Part shown: positions 1-11,904 of the stretch, one piece after another
Numbering within the stretch: the first letter of the stretch is position 1
Layout of the letters: every line of letters begins with the position of its first letter
Source: Euglena gracilis
Taxonomy: Eukaryota
Assembly: GCA_039621445.1 (NCBI GenBank)
Contig: CP154954.1
Span: 37,867,703 to 37,931,702 of the forward strand
DNA: 64,000 nt
Direction: 5' to 3'
The notes under the pieces: model-generated
Databases searched by the model: none
What the model saw: the letters and a program-made list of their open reading frames with translations, nothing else
What the model was told of the DNA's origin: nothing
Made by a program: the position numbers and the translations under genes

Positions 1-39
1 CCCCTGCTATCACAGAACAGGCCGTGGTCAACAATTTTT

Positions 40-109
40 TGTGAATTGCATGCATTCCCCCCAGGTAACAAAGCTGAGAATTTTTTTTGAGAATGCTTCC
101 ACACACGCG

Positions 110-155
<46 letters not shown>

Positions 156-600
156 CGAACGCGGGCACGCATGCATATGCATGCACAGAAGGAGGGTGGA
201 ACACATGCTTGCATCACATGCAGAGTGGACAAAATAGTTTGTGGTGGAGTTTGAATTTTTGACATGTTTGTGTGAGCAAAGGGATTGAAGGGAGGCAGCA
301 GGCCAGGCAGCAGGAGCGGGGGCGCGCTGTGCGGGTACGCTTCCCCCACCTCCACCTGCCCACCAGTCGGCTAGCTGCCAGGTGTGTGCTGCTGCCTCAG
401 CAAGAAGGGGGGCTGGGTGTGTGCAACTGTGTGTATTGTATTTCAGCAGAAAGAAACCGACAATGATGTCAAGAAAAATATACATAGCGGATTTCCAGGT
501 TGCCCATTTTTCAAAATCAGAAATGTTGTGCCCCGGGCACGTTTTCGTTGTTTTTTTTTTGCTGGCTTTTGGATTTTTTTGGTGTTATCAGCTTGTGGAC
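40..600 (+). repeat. Dispersed repeat block X (CA-microsatellite containing), copy a
   Basis: (CA)n followed by GAAGGGAGGCAGC..CAGGAGCGGGGGC..CAGAAAGAAACCGACAA. The same sequence recurs at about 8.6-9.1 kb and 18.6-19.1 kb; the first part recurs at about 14.2-14.6 kb and 21.1-21.4 kb. Confidence 0.8.
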
Positions 601-1471
601 AATGAAGGGCAAAGTTTGATTGCAAGGCACAGCCGTGTTCCTGAGGCCAAAGATGATTTTTGTCATTTTCGGATTTTTCACCCAAGAAATTCCATATTTC
701 CAGAATCAGCACGTTTCCAAAATGACAAAAAGCAAGCTTTTGGATTTTTTTTGGAAAGAAGGTGAAAAATGGCTCAAAGCTTGCGCCCATGTTGCAAAAA
801 CAACCAAATTTGTGAAATTTTCCCGAGTCCCCTCCAGCACATTCCCAACATCAATTTTCCCTCAGTTTTTCCAAAGGCCTCCAACATCAATCCCCCCCCC
901 CCCCTGTGCACTGCACAGAAGCTGGTCTGTGTGCAGACGGGTCTTTGTGTCACCGGATGGCAGGGTGACAGACATGTGGCCATTTGCTGATGTTTTGGTT
1001 TCATTGCTTGGCAGTTGGAAGTGCAGGAGTGAACTTTCTGAACACCCACCCAACAGCACCCGGGAGAAAATGACCCAAAGTCAATGGGTTGGTAGCCCAA
1101 ACCGGGGGGGGGGGGCGCTGGCGGGTCGAATAACGCTCATTTTCGGCCCAAAAATGGTTTGTCTGGGTCCGAGAGGCCAAAAAACATCGTTTCGGGCCCA
1201 AAAAAATTCGCGTTTTATCGCTTTTTTTGACCTGAAAATGACCCAAGGGGGTCCATCCACGTAGCAGCTTTTTTTTATATAACAGTTTCATGTTCCTGTC
1301 CATCCAGATTTTCGATTTGGTGGATGGAACAGGTTTTTGGTATTGCAGTTCACTCCACAGCCGAAAGCCTGTGGGACATTTTTGCTCATTTGGTGCCGAA
1401 GGCCCCAAATATGTGTATTATCTTTTCTGGCTTGCTTGCCATTCATTGATATCTGACGCTCCGGTTGGCGC

Positions 1472-1747
1472 CAGGTTGTTTTTTTTACCAACCCCAGGGG
1501 GGAGTGGGGGTTCGGAGTGCCTGTGAGTGCCTGCCCAGGCAGGCACTACCCCCCCCCCCTGGGGGGTCAGATTTTTGGCTCCCCGGCGCTTTGGTACCGG
1601 GTCTGTGCTAGGGCACTTGGCCCGTGTGCCCTCCCCCCCCCCCCCCCCCCCGGGGGTGGGTTGGATCAGGAGTGCCTTGGAGTGCCTGCCCAGGCAGGCA
1701 CCCCCCCCCCCCTGGGTGGGGTCGGCACCCGACTAAAATATGGCCTG
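1472..1747. mobile_element. hAT-type MITE, family C
   Basis: Termini CAGGTTGTTTT...ATATGGCCTG; flanks GTTGGCGC/GTTGGCAC (8-bp TSD, 7/8 match); reverse-orientation homolog of 9768-10053. Confidence 0.8.
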
Positions 1748-1985
1748 GTTGGCACAGGAGGAGTTCTTTTTTGGAATAAATATTACTTTTTATTGAAGTA
1801 TATCATTTAATTATAATGCCACTCCTGCTCCTGAGGGGGGGGGGGTTCTGCCAAAATGGCATTCATGCGGCCAGCCGGTCATGAAGGGTTTTCCGCTTGC
1901 CAACCGCCATGGTGGGTTCCCCACCCCCCTGCACCGTCGCCATGGACACTGCTCCTGTTCCTGTTCCACAGTCCCACTCTTTCAG

Positions 1986-2065
1986 GCTGCGCGACGCTCG
2001 GCAACCCCCAGCCCATCGCCTGCAAAGCTGGCGATCCCTCTATGCCAGGGATCCAGTTCAGTTGG
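1986..2065 (+). CDS. Putative internal exon (GCATLGNPQPIACKAGDPSMPGIQFSW)
   Basis: Pyrimidine-rich tract ending in ttcag as acceptor, gtgtgt donor, CpG-rich unique sequence. Its phase-0 exit matches the exon at 6748. Confidence 0.35.
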
Positions 2066-2636
2066 GTGTGTTTTTCGAGCGGTTCGGTGGGGTTGGCATG
2101 AAGGACCGGCGGGCAGCAAAAAAAATGGCAAAAGTGACGTGGAAGAAATGGGCGTGCGAAATCCGGCCAGACATTTCCTCCCATTTTTGGAGGCAGCCGC
2201 CAAGTTTTTCCATTTTTTAAGAGTTTTTTTTTTTGAGCACCATCCTCCCCCACGCCCGATATTCCCTCCCAGCACCCCGATAACACACAAAGGTAACCGT
2301 TTTCATAACCCCCCCCCCAAAATCCCGCCAACGTAATAATTTGGTTTCCTCCAAAAATCTTTTCCAAGTTTTTTTCGAGCACCAACCCCCCCCACCCCTT
2401 GTACTCCCTCCCAGCACCCCAATTTAACACATATAATTGACAATTGCATTATAATCATATATACAATTATATAGTTTCAGCCTGGGTGTTTTTTTGGGTG
2501 CAATTTTTGCCAGGGTGCCAATGGGCCCACCTACTGCCACCACCAGACATATGCTGTCCCTGCCAGGCATTTCTGACCACTTGGCCCAAGGTGGCTGGAC
2601 CATTTGGTTGCACCTGTAGGTAGGCGGGTGGCAAGT

Positions 2637-4795
2637 CCGGCGTGGCCGAAGCAAACAAATGACGGCTGCTGGGGCAAATGGCTGCTAGCGCGGCCGAAGC
2701 GAGCAAATGACCGCTGGCGTGGCCGAAGCGAGTCAATGACCGCTGGCGTGGCCGAAGCGAGCAAATGGCTGGCGCGTTCGAAGCAAGCAAATGGCCGCCA
2801 GCGTGGCCGAAGCAAGCAAATGGCCGGTGCAGCCGAAGCAAGCAAATGGCCGCCGGCGCAGCCGAAGCAAGCAAATGGCCACTGGTGTGGCCGAAGCAAG
2901 CAAATGGCCACTGGTGTGGCCGAAGCGAGCAAACGGCCGCTGGCGTGGCCGAAGCAAGCAAATGGCCGCCGGCGTGGCCAAAACAAGCAAACGGCCGCTG
3001 GCGTGGCCAAAGCAAGCAAATGGCCGCCAGCGTGGCCGAAGCAAGCAAATGGCCGCCAGCGTGGCCGAAGTGGGCAGAAGCCAGTGCAGCTGAAGGTAGC
3101 AAATGGCCGCAGGCGTGGCCGAAGTAAGCAAATGGCCGCTGGCGTGGCCGAAGCAAGCAAATGGCCGGTGGCGTGGCCAAAGCAACCAAATGGCCGCCAG
3201 CGTGGCCGAAGTAAGCAAATGGCTGGCGTGGCCGAAGCAAGCAAATGGCTGCTGGTGCGGCCGAAGCAAGCAAATGGCCGCTGGTGCGGCCGAAGCGAGT
3301 CAATGGCCGCTGGTGCGGCCGAAGCAAGCAAAGACGCGGTCGAAGCAAGCAAATGGCCGCTGGCGTAGCCGAAGCAAGCAAATGGCTGCAGACGCGGTCG
3401 AAGCAAGCAAATGGCCGCCGGCGTGGCCGAAGCAAGCAAATGGCTGCAGACGCGGCCGAAGTAAGCAAATGGCTGGCGTGGCCGAAGGAAGCAAATGGCC
3501 GCCAGCGTGGCCGAAGCAAGCAAATGGCCAGTGGCGCAGCCAAAGCAAGCAAATGGCTGGCGTGGCCAAAGCAAACAAACAAATGGCCGCTGGCGTGGCC
3601 AAAGCAAGCAAATGGCCGCCAGCGTGGCCGAAGCAAGCAAATGGCTGCAGACGCGGCCAAAGCAAGCAAATGGCAAATGGCCGCCAGCGTGGCCAAAGCA
3701 AGCAAATGGCTGCTGGCGCCGCCGAAGCAAACAAATGGCCGCCGGCGTAGCCTAAGCAAGCAAATGGCAAATGGCCGCTGGCGTGGCCGAAGCAAGCAAA
3801 TGGCCGCTGGTGCGGCCAAAGCAAGCAAATGGCCGCTGGCGTGGCCAAAGCAAGCAAATGGCCGCTGGCGCGGCCGAAGCAAACAAATGGCCGCCGGCGT
3901 GGCCGAAGTTAGCAAATGGCTGGCGTGGCCGAAGCAAGCAAATGGCCGCCAGCGTGGCCGAAGTAAGCAAATGGCCGCCAGCGTGGCCGAAGTGGGCAGA
4001 AGCCAGTGCAGCTGAAGCTAGCAAATGGCCGCAGGCGTGGCCGAAGTAAGCAAATGGCCGCTGGTGTGACCGAAGCAAGCAAATGGCCGGTGGCGTGGCC
4101 AAAGCAACCAAATGGCCGCCAGCGTGGCCGAAGCAAGCAAATGGCCGCTGGTGCGGCCGAAGCAAGCAAATGGCCGCTGGCGTAGCCGAAGCAAGCAAAT
4201 GGTCGGTGGCGCGGTCGAAGCAAGCAAATGGCTGCAGACGCGGTCGAAGCAAGCAAATGGCCGCCGGCGTGGCCGAAGCAAGCAAATGGCTGCAGACGCG
4301 GCCGAAGTAAGCAAATGGCTGGCGTGGCCGAAGGAAGCAAATGGCCGCCAGCGTGGCCGAAGCAAGCAAATGGCCGGTGGCGCGGTCGAAGCAAGCAAAT
4401 GGCTGGCGTGGCCAAAGCAAGCAAATGGCTGGCGTGGCCAAAGCAAGCAAATGGCCGCTGGCGTGGCCAAAGCAAGCAAATGGCCGCTGGTGCGGCCGAA
4501 GCAAGCAAATGGCCGCTGGTGTGGCCGAAGCAAGCAAATGGCTGCTGGTGCGGCCGAAGCAAACAAATGGCCGCCGGCGTAGCCGCCGAAGCAAGCAAAT
4601 GGCTGGCGTGGCCGAAGCAAGCAAATGGCCGGTGGCGCGTTCGACGCAAGCAAATGGCTGGCTGCTAGCGTGGCCGAAGCAAGCAAATGGCCGCAGACGC
4701 GGCCGAAGCAAGCAAATGGCTGCTTGTGCGGCAAATGGCTGCTAGCGCGGCCGAAGCGAGTAAATGGCTGGCGGTGCGGCCAAAGCGAGCAAGCA
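2637..4795. repeat. Satellite/minisatellite, 26-29 bp unit GGCCGAAGCAAGCAAATGGCCGCTGGCGT
   Basis: Directly visible tandem array of about 2.15 kb with a limited set of unit variants. Confidence 0.97.
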
Positions 4796-5124
4796 GGTTG
4801 CCAAAGCGCAGCAGCCACAAGCCACGCAACCAAGCAATTGCAGGTTCAAACGGGTGGTGAACAAAATTCAGGGCAGGCTACAAGTGCCTGGCCGGCAGTT
4901 GCATTGTGACGGACCCGACCCATCCTGATAACCCTGCTGATGTTTGGTGGTGGTCAGTGTTGGGCCACAACTGCAGGGGGGGGGAATGCATTTTTGCGCG
5001 TTTTTGCGCATTTTTTTCGCATTTTTTTTCGTTTTTTCTGAGTTGCTGAGCTGATTTTTTGCAGTCCCACAGGGCGCATTTTTGGTGATTTTCCATTTTT
5101 TTTTTTCGGCAGCGCAGCGAGCGC

Positions 5125-5157
<33 letters not shown>

Positions 5158-5261
5158 TGCAAAGCACCCCCCCCACCCCGGTTGCCGTGATGGGTGCGCG
5201 GGTTGTCGACCCCCCCGCGGGACACGGACCCCGTGGGGGGTGGGGGGGGGTTTTGGGAAGG

Positions 5262-5465
5262 GGGGCCGCCGGCGGAGCACCGCGCGCCCGCCACGGCGCG
5301 CCGGCCCCCGGGCCCAGGCGGCAGCGGCGCCACCGCCGGCTGCCGCAGCGGCCAAAGCGGGCCCCGGCCGCACGGCCCCCCCGACCCCGCAGCTCGGGGC
5401 CGCCGCGCGTCGGGACGTCCCTGGCCCACAGCGCAGCGGGCGAAGGAGCCCGCCGTGCTGCTGCG
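5262..5465 (+). other. GC/CpG-rich island, possible exon
   Basis: Very high GC and CpG density compared with the flanks; ends GCTGCTGCG|gtgccc. Reading frame is unresolved because of adjacent homopolymers. Confidence 0.3.
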
Positions 5466-5567
5466 GTGCCCCCAAACGCCTGAAGACCTAAAGGTGTGGC
5501 ACTGCCCCGAAACTTGATGCCCTTCTTGCATCCATCCAACCCCAGGGTGCTAAGCGAGCGTTTAGGG

Positions 5568-5822
5568 CAGGGGTTTTTTTTTAGTCGTGGACCCCCCCGG
5601 GGGGGGTAGGGTGGTTGGGTCTGGCCGAGCCCCCCCCTCCCCGGGTCCCCGGGTCAAAGGGGGGTGGGATGTATTTTTCGGCACCGAAGGCGCCGAAAAA
5701 GTGTTATTTGTAGCATTTTTCACGATCTTTCGCCATTTTTTTTTGTGTGTCCCCCGGGACCCCCCCCCCCCCCGGGGGGGAGGGGGGGGGGGGGTGGGGG
5801 GCCCGCCTTAAAAAAACCGCTG
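5568..5822. mobile_element. hAT-type MITE, family B
   Basis: TIR CAGGGGTTTTTT...AAAAAACCGCTG; perfect 8-bp TSD GTTTAGGG; central TTCGGCACC-GAA-GGCGCCGAA hairpin. Confidence 0.9.
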
Positions 5823-6043
5823 GTTTAGGGGCAACCACCCCCAACCCCTTCTCAGGGTGGGCGTGGAGGTCCGGAAACTCCTCTCAAAATTACCAGAAAA
5901 TTTTCTTCCGCGGCGCTTTGCACTGACAGATTTATGTTGCTATCGTCTGTATTTTTGGGGTTTCGGGGTTTAAAAAACTGCCCCGAAACTTGATGCCCTT
6001 CTTGCATCCATCCAACCCCAGGGTGCTAAGCGAGCGTTTAGGG

Positions 6044-6301
6044 CAGGGGTTTTTTTTTAGTCGTGGACCCCCCCGGGGGGGGTAGGGTGGTTGGGTCTGG
6101 CCGAGCCCCCCCCTCCCCGGGTCCCCGGGTCAAAGGGGGGTGGGATGTATTTTTCGGCACCGAAGGCGCCGAAAAAGTGTTATTTGTAGCATTTTTCACG
6201 ATCTTTCGGCCATTTTTTTTTGTGTGTCCCCCGGCCCCCCCCCCCCCCCCCCGGGGGGCAGGGGGTGGGTGGGTGGGGGTCCGGCCTTAAAAAAACCGCT
6301 G
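6044..6301. mobile_element. hAT-type MITE, family B (duplicated with its flanks)
   Basis: Same TIRs and GTTTAGGG TSD as 5568-5822. Confidence 0.9.
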
Positions 6302-6747
6302 GTTTAGGGGCAACCACCCCCAACCCCTTCTCAGGGTGGGCGTGGAGGTCCGGAAACTCCTCTCAAAATTACCAGAAAATTTTCTTCCGCGGCGCTTTGC
6401 ACTGACAGATTTATGTTGCTATCGTCTGTATTTTTGGGGTTTCGGGGTTTAAAAAAAAATCGACTGTTTGGCATAATTGGCAATTTTTTTGGATTTTTTT
6501 TTGCAGTTGTGATTGTTTGATCCCCGGTTCGACGCTGATTTGGCCTAGCTCCAGCCCGGGACCCCTACAGGGGGGGGGGTCAGCCAGCAGCGTTTTTTTT
6601 TTCAAGCCAGCCCAAATTTTCCAGCCTCTGTGCTGTGGACCCTGGGGGGGGGAGCCTGAAACAACGCCCTGGTGGGAAGCGCAGTCGGCGTGTCAGGTGA
6701 CAGATCCTTTTGGAGATTCAACTACGTTTTTTGCCTGTTTCTCTCAG

Positions 6748-6834
6748 GCATTTGTTAACAATGTGGAAGTGGCACATGATGTCCTTCGACAGATCCTGGA
6801 GGCCCTGGTCTTCATCCATTCTCCCCAGACACAG
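6748..6834 (+). CDS. Putative exon resembling the protein-kinase alphaE helix (subdomain VIa): AFVNNVEVAHDVLRQILEALVFIHSPQTQ
   Basis: Strong polypyrimidine acceptor (ttttttgcctgtttctctcag). LRQILEALVFIHS fits the kinase xxQIxxALxYxHS pattern. The 3' boundary (CAG|gcattg, GC donor) is uncertain and no HRD exon was found. Confidence 0.5.
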
Positions 6835-7365
6835 GCATTGCCCCCTTCGGCTGTGTGGTTTTCCTTTTCTGTGTAGAACTCTCACCATTTTGGGTGTGAC
6901 AGCTGATATCTCCGTTGGAGCCGCTACAGCACCGTGAATATTTAACACCGCCGCACATGATCATTGAACCTGCCCCCCCCCCCCCAATCTTTTACCCACC
7001 TTGGGCCACAACAATTGCAGGAACCTTAAAACTGTCACGGCCCGTGGTTTGTTTTTTGACGTTTCATTGACATGCAATGTATAAGGATTGTTCTGCGGAG
7101 TAATGGCCAGATATGTATTTTATCTGAAATTCTTGCGCCCACCCCACGGTGTATGCCGAAAAATTGCTGAAATTTTGACAAAATTTTGCTGCTGTGGGTG
7201 TTGACTGCCAACGGTTCAGATGACTCTGGGGTTTTTTGGGGTGGGGAACCCAGCTGACCTGGTCCCGGGGGCAGGTGGCACATTTTGGCACATCCCACGC
7301 CCCGATTAAATCCTTAAATTGTCAAATTTTTGCTTTTCGGGGTTCCCCCAAAGACCCCATTATTA

Positions 7366-7624
7366 CCCCCCCCTCCCCTAGTCGTACGACCACCCCTCAT
7401 TTACGACCACCCCCCGGTCACAGGTTGCAGGTCATGGGGGTGTTATGACCACCCCCCCGGTCACAGGTTGCAGGTTGCGAAAAAAAAAAACACCACTTTA
7501 CCTATGACCGCCCCCTCAGTTACGACCACCCCCCGGTCACAGGTTGCAGGTTATGGGGGCGTTACGACCACCCCCCCGGTCACAGGTTGCAGGAACCCGG
7601 TCATACGACTAGGGGAGGGGGGGG
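7366..7624. mobile_element. TA-flanked MITE (Tc1/mariner-type) with internal subrepeats
   Basis: TA|CCCCCCCCTCCCCTAGTCGTA...TACGACTAGGGGAGGGGGGGG|TA; four internal copies of GACCACCCCCCGGTCACAGGTTGCAGG. Confidence 0.8.
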
Positions 7625-7839
7625 TACCAGAACCACTGCTGCTCAACTCGCCCCCCCCCCCCGCGGAAGGGCAAAATTTTGACGATTTTTGGTGTGAATC
7701 TGGGCGTCGCGGCGTGATTTCGGGGCCAGATTGCCTCAATGCCAGGAAATGGGGTGTGCCAAAACGTCCCACCAGCCCCCGGGCAGGTCAGGTTCCCCCC
7801 CCCAAAACCCCAGAATCACCAGAAACCCCAGAACTGCTG

Positions 7840-8157
7840 CTGGTCAGCCCAAATTCGGGCTGGGATCCCCGGGGGGTCGAGTGAAATAAAGTTGCGTCCA
7901 GCCCGACCGGAGGCTGGGCCAGCCGGCCGCCGGCTGGCCAGCCAAATGGGCTGCCCAGCTCACCCATCCCTTCATTTTTTCAGTAATTAGCCTGTTCCTC
8001 CAGTCCCGATCCAGCCTTGATCTAAAGCCATCCATCAAAATGTTGAAAATGGCAAAAAAAATATCATATTTTTTTGTTTTTCGTCGACCCAGCCCAGCCC
8101 AGCCCCCTCCAGCTCCGGACCCCCCCCCCCCCGGGAGGTTCTTTAGAAAACCCCTGA
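7840..8157. mobile_element. Fragment of the hAT-type family represented by 53417-54350
   Basis: Reverse complement of about 53990-54270; ends in the TIR TTAGAAAACCCCTG. Confidence 0.6.
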
Positions 8158-8164
8158 CCTGGCC

Positions 8165-9760
8165 CGCAGCACGCTGCACTTTCCCCAGAATTCTGTGCGG
8201 TTGTCCCTCCCCACACCCCTCTGCATTCAGGTCCTCTCCATGGAGGAGAAGTTGGGAAACAAAGGAAAAGGAAAAAGAACGAAGCAGTCAAAAGAAGAAG
8301 GAAGAAGGTGACGAATCAAGAAAGAAGAAGAGAAAAGAAGAAGAAGAAGAAGAAGAAGGAACGATGATGGAATAAGTAAGAGGAAGAGGAAGAGGAAGGA
8401 ATGATTGAAGAAGCAGGAAGAATGAGGAAGAAAACAGGATGAGGAAGGAAGCCATTGCCAGCCCAACACCCACCTCCTCCCCGCCAGCCCAGTGCCCCGT
8501 GCTACCACAAAGCAGCTTGTGGTTGACATTGTTTTTTTTGTGAATGGGACGCGTTGTTGTTTCCTCCAGGTGGACGTTCATTACAGGAACAAAGCAGAGC
8601 ATGTTTTTTTTTGAGCAAGCTTGCGCGCGCGCACACACATATACACACACACATGCACACACACACATGCACACACACATGCACACACACACATGCACAC
8701 ACACACGCGCGCGCATATGAACCCACAGCATGGTGGGTGGAATGCACACCACATTCAGAGGGGGCAACATAGTTTGTGGTGCAGTTTGGGGGAGTTTGAG
8801 GAGCACTTTGGGGGGCAGAGGGGCACTGAAGGGAGGCAGCGGCGGCCAGGCGGCACAGGAGCGGGGGCAAGCGAAGGAGCGGGGGGCGGGCTGCGCTCTT
8901 CCCACCTCCCACGTCCATCTGCCCACCGGTCCGCTCGCTGCCAGGTGTGTGCTGCTGCCTCAGCAGGAAGGGGGGCTGGGCTGTGTGCAAGTGTGCGCGT
9001 TACGCTTCAGCAGAAAGAAACCGACAATGATATCAAGAAAAGGCACATGCAGCGGATTGTCTGGTTGCCTGGTTTTCAAATCGGAAATGCTGTGCCCCGC
9101 ACAATCTCATGCTAGCTTTTTGGATAATAATATTTTTGTCATTATTGGGGAGCTCCGGTGTTATTAGTTGCTTCCTGGTGCTTTGCACGGGAACACTTTT
9201 GGTTTTGTCATCCGCTTTTGTCAATTTGGTGAAAATCCCCCTGGAAATGCAATCTTGGGAGCTTTTCGAAGCCACCCAAAAGATTGTGTGATCTGTTTTG
9301 GGCAGGGTTTTTCCCCCAGGTCTGTTGATCCCCCGTCCCCCCACCCGGGGGCAGGGGGAGTGGGGTGGACCTGGTGGCTGCCCCCTGAAAACTTCATCAC
9401 AGGGTGGACAAAAATTAGGTTGGACAAGAAATTTTGCAATATTCGCAAATTTTACCGTATTTATTCTTGTCATAACGTTCAACCAATGCCGGTTTCAACG
9501 TTTAACGCCTGTGTGACCCCTCCCCCTGCCTCCAGTGGGTGGCTGAGTGGTTGACCCCACCGCGGGGATGGGGTAGGTTTTTGCCTGGCTGAAGGCCAGC
9601 CGGAAAATTTTTCTGTGTTTGCGGCCGGTTTGACTGGTAGGTGGGTGGGTGGGTGGATGGACGTTTGACCCCGGGGGGGGGGGGGGGGTTTTCGAAAAAA
9701 ATGAAGGTGGGTTTAGTCTGTGCACGAGCCAAAGAATGTTGGACACATTGCAAAAAGTGC
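8165..9760 (+). repeat. Dispersed repeat block X, copy b, with (GAA)n purine tract and (CA)n
   Basis: Colinear with 18165-20150; purine tract at about 8260-8450; CA tract at about 8620-8715. Confidence 0.85.
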
Positions 9761-9767
9761 TCAGAAG

Positions 9768-10053
9768 CAGGCTGTATATCAGTCGGGTGCCGACCCCACC
9801 CCGGGGGGAGGGTGCCTGCCTGGGCAAGCACTCCAAATCCGCCCCCCCCCCCTCCGGGCACACGGCCAAAAGTGTCCTAGCACAACCCCAGCGCCTCTGG
9901 CGCGGGGGAGCCAAAAATGGCCTATTTTCAAAGGAATGTGCCTGGGCACAGGCCGAAATCCGACCCCCCGGGGGGGGGGGGGTAGTGCCTGCCTGGGCAG
10001 GCACTCACAGGCACTCCGGACCCCCCCCCGGAGTTGGTAAAAAAAATAGCCTG
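9768..10053. mobile_element. hAT-type MITE, family C
   Basis: CAGGCTGTAT...AAATAGCCTG; perfect TSD CTCAGAAG; internal GTGCCTGCCTGGGCAGGCAC palindromes. Confidence 0.9.
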
Positions 10054-10217
10054 CTCAGAAGTGGTTGAATACCAAATTTTACCAAAATATTTTTTGTCCA
10101 CTCCTGCTTTTTTGTTTGCCTGGCAAGCTTTTTGGCATTTTTAGGTGAAAATGAATATGAAGACAGGAAAACCCAAGACATTAGTTTTGGGTCTGTTTGA
10201 GCTTGAGGGGCCTGAGG

Positions 10218-10511
10218 CAGGGATTTTTTTAAGTTTGGACGCCCGGGGGGGGAGGGGCAGCGGTAGGGGGGGTGGGTCCGCCGGACCCCCTCCCCCCGGG
10301 GGGGGGTCCCCCCCGGAGGGGGGTGGGATATATTTTTCGGCGCCGCAGGCGCCGAAAAAATTCTATTTTTAGCACTTTTCGCGATTTTTCGGCCATTTTT
10401 TTGTGGGTCCCCTGGGACCCCCCCCCCCCCCCCCCGGGGGGCCCCCCCCGGGGGGTTGGTGGGTGGGGGGGCGCCCCCCCCCCCCCCCCCCCGGTCTTAA
10501 AAAAACCCCTG
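10218..10511. mobile_element. hAT-type MITE, family B
   Basis: CAGGGATTTTTTT...AAAAACCCCTG; TSD GCCTGAGG/GCCTGTGG; perfect central hairpin TTTTCGGCGCC-GCA-GGCGCCGAAAA. Confidence 0.88.
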
Positions 10512-10726
10512 GCCTGTGGGGCTTGGAGGTTGTTGAGTGTCTTCCCGTTGGGGGTTGGTGGTGACTGGTTTTTTTTTGTTGAAAGGGGACCGCAGCACGC
10601 TGCAGTTTTCCCCAGAATTTGGTGTTGTTGGGGTTGTTGGAATCCTCAATTTTGGTTAGCAGAAACGTGTGAGTGCTCCCCCGCCGTCGTGTGGCTCGTC
10701 CATGGGCCCTTTGCCGCCACACCCAG

Positions 10727-11055
10727 GGACGCCGGAGGCAAACGAGGGCTTTGGATCCCGGCGCCGACCCCGTTTGGCCGGCTGCCGGAGGAGCTCCCGA
10801 TGGACGACGACGTCATTGTGGTGCGCAGCCGGCCCAGCGTGGCGAACCTCACGGCGAACCGCCACGGGCTGCCGGCGCACGGCAGCGTGCGGCAGGGGGG
10901 CCGGGTGCGGCCCGGCCCCGGCGGCTCTGGCGCAGTGGGCGTCTCCAGCCACACGGAGAAAGAGGACGACGGCGAGGAGGAGAGGGAGGAGGACGAGGCG
11001 GTGCTGGAGGGGGAGGGGGAGGGAGAGGGCTCCAGCCTCCGGTACGGTGCGGCAG
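10727..11055 (+). CDS. Putative exon, low-complexity acidic/Gly-rich protein segment (DAGGKRGLWIPAPTPFGRLPEELPMDDDVIVVRSR...EEEREEDEAVLEGEGEGEGSSLRYGAA)
   Basis: cccag acceptor, GC3- and CpG-rich open frame, donor CAG|gtgtgt in phase 1 that matches the next exon. Confidence 0.6.
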
Positions 11056-11518
11056 GTGTGTGGTGCTGGCTGGTGGCTGCCTGTGTGCCAGTGTGGCAAA
11101 GAAATAGTCAGATCACAGTCTGGGCCATTGACATGATCCACCAACCAATAGCCATATATATCACGGACGCCCGGTCCCCCACATTTTGCGGAGCTGAAAG
11201 CTTTTCCACCTGGGTGTAAAGCGTGCGTTGGCTTTGTTTTTCCTCGGGCTATTTCCTCTGGTGAATTTTTTTCGGCACGTATTTTTTGGTATTATTATTT
11301 TGTATTTTCAAAGCATTTTGGGCAAGAGTTTTCCTGTGCTGTGTCCCATTTTTTTCTCCGCAGGAGGGGAGGGGCACGCACCCTCCCCTCCCACTTTGTT
11401 GATTTCCCTGCCATCCCCCAACGCTCTCCCCATCTTCATGTAGCACATTTGCTGTTCTCGGGTGGGTGCCTTGTGTGCTGCTACCCCCCCCCCCCTCATG
11501 CGCTGGTTGCCACCGCAG

Positions 11519-11904
11519 GAACGCTTGGCACTGCGTGGAGCGTGGAGCATATGCCCACACCCAGGGAGGAACTGGAGCCCTGCAAAAGGGAGGGGGCCGG
11601 TGGGGCCGGGTTGGTCGGTTCTCCCGGCTACCAGTCGTCACCCTGCCATGCTCGGCAGCCGCAACGCAGGCTGTGGCCGGGTGACGGGGCTGCTTTCCTG
11701 CCAGGAATTCTCCAGAGAACGGGTGCCCGGGCATTGTGGTGCCTCCCCTCCCCCCCCGGCCGCTGCTCCCTGTGGCCAGCAGGGCCGGGGGGCGCGCCGC
11801 CGGCGGTTGCAGCGTCGCAGGCGAGCGGGACTGGGCGGCTGCCGGTGTACCGCCCTGGGTCGAGCAGCGGCGGCAGCTCTGCCCTGGGGAGCGGCGGTGG
11901 GCAG
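11519..11904 (+). CDS. Putative exon(s), Gly/Ser/Pro-rich
   Basis: ccgcag acceptor; phase-1 entry continues the frame (GTLGTAWSVEHMPTPREELEPCK...GSGGGQ). It ends at CAG|gcacct or G|gtgggc (11896) and may contain an internal intron. Confidence 0.45.

Larger units (their letters stand above)
5501..6455 (+). repeat. Near-identical 476-bp tandem duplication
   Basis: ACTGCCCCGAAACTTGATGCC begins at 5501 and at 5977; each unit contains the same MITE with both TSD copies. Confidence 0.92.

Noticed and set aside
2637..4795. CRISPR-like array
   Set aside because: The variable segments are only 9-12 nt, recur many times and are mutational variants of each other. There are no unique spacers or cas genes, and the context is eukaryotic.
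2467..4909. Long ORFs (up to 482 aa) on both strands
   Set aside because: They arise from a stop-poor satellite unit that stays open in several frames at once.
6829..6840. Euglenid-type non-conventional intron start (ACACAG, CAG at +4 to +6)
   Set aside because: The junction is not pyrimidine|purine, no complementary 3' end was identified, and the host taxon is unknown.
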